Source: the human T2T-CHM13v2.0 reference genome, Homo sapiens. Taken from it: a DNA stretch of 64,000 bases. Shown here one piece after another: positions 63,201-64,000 of the stretch. A program made the position numbers and the translations under genes. The first letter of the stretch is position 1. Each line of letters opens with the position of its first letter. The stretch is from NCBI RefSeq assembly GCF_009914755.1, contig NC_060947.1; one strand, written 5' to 3'. Below the pieces are notes generated by a model. The model was not told the DNA's origin and did no database searches. It saw only the letters and a program-made list of their open reading frames with translations.

Positions 63201-64000
63201 AGAGACCAAAGCTGTAAGTCAGTAATCACCAGCAACTGTTGTAGGAGCACTGTGCTGGGAGGAGAGAAACCTGTAAAATACACAGCAACACTGAGCAGAA
63301 TGACAGAAATGCTGTGGGAAAACTGAGGAAGGAGGAGCAAAGGGTCTGAAAAAGGCTTCCCAGTGGGGCAGGCATCTGAGGTGAGTCTTGAAAGATAAGC
63401 TGAATGTTGACAGGCAAAAATAGACAAACACAGATGTGAGAGGTTCAGGCAACACTCCCCCACCCATTATAATTCCAAGAAAATAAAAGGAATACCCATC
63501 ACTGTTACAATTATGCTTACAAGTGCATTCAGAAGAGGGGCAGTTCACCCAGTTGGAAAGGAAATAGAGTTTTCCAGATGGCGATGCCAAAGCTTAGTCT
63601 TGCAGGGTAAGCAGGAATTAGCAAAAGTAAAGGAAAGGCAAGCCTCAGTAAAGACCCTGAACTCGGAAGCCCATGCTGGATCAACAAGAGAGCGAATACT
63701 CCCTGATTGCTCGACGTTTAGAGAGGCTGGGAACCGGACTTGTTTTACAGGCAAGTGGGGCCCTGTCATAGAGAACTTGGAAAGACACGCTATAGAGTGG
63801 AGCCCTGATCCTGAACATCTTGGAGATCCAGGAAAGATTCCTAAGGAGGATGGTGACATTTTTTTTCTTTCTTTCTTTCAACAGGGTCTTTCTCTGTTGC
63901 CTGGGCTGGAGTGCAGTAGCACGGTCATGGCTCACTGCCACCTCAGTCTCTCAGGCTCAAGCCATTCTCCTGCCTCAGCCTCCCAAGTAGCTGGGACCAC
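60299..64000. mobile_element. Alus (~60299-60590, 61620-61717, 62160-62430, 63860-64000), L1M pieces and an L1PA 3' end (~62510-62770)
   Basis: Consensus-like motifs. Confidence 0.7.

Overview
Human (primate) genomic DNA, recognisably Xp11.2. The first ~11 kb holds the 5' end of ELK1 (minus strand; non-coding exons 1-2 and the CpG-island promoter) and the complete UXT gene (minus strand; 6 coding exons, 169 aa, all GT-AG junctions read by hand). UXT shares a bidirectional promoter with the antisense lncRNA UXT-AS1. The remaining ~52 kb is almost entirely interspersed repeats: Alu, L1, L2/MIR, DNA transposons, solo LTRs, and two decayed class I ERV internal regions in opposite orientations. 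The top find is a young L1PA2-type insertion (20147-22300, perfect 12-bp TSD). It carries a ~950-bp 3' transduction with an intact, open, 105-nt exon (AG/GT sites preserved) that translates as the PH-BEACH junction of NBEAL1, lying in the same orientation as UXT-AS1. Other finds: a ~0.85-kb Alu-bounded copy of 17407-18210 pasted 37 kb away at an ERV breakpoint, a cryptic degenerate ~35-50-bp array that supplies the ELK1 exon 2 donor and uORF stop, and a periodic CCAAT array upstream of ELK1. Repeat family names and gene identities are from recognition, not from a database search.
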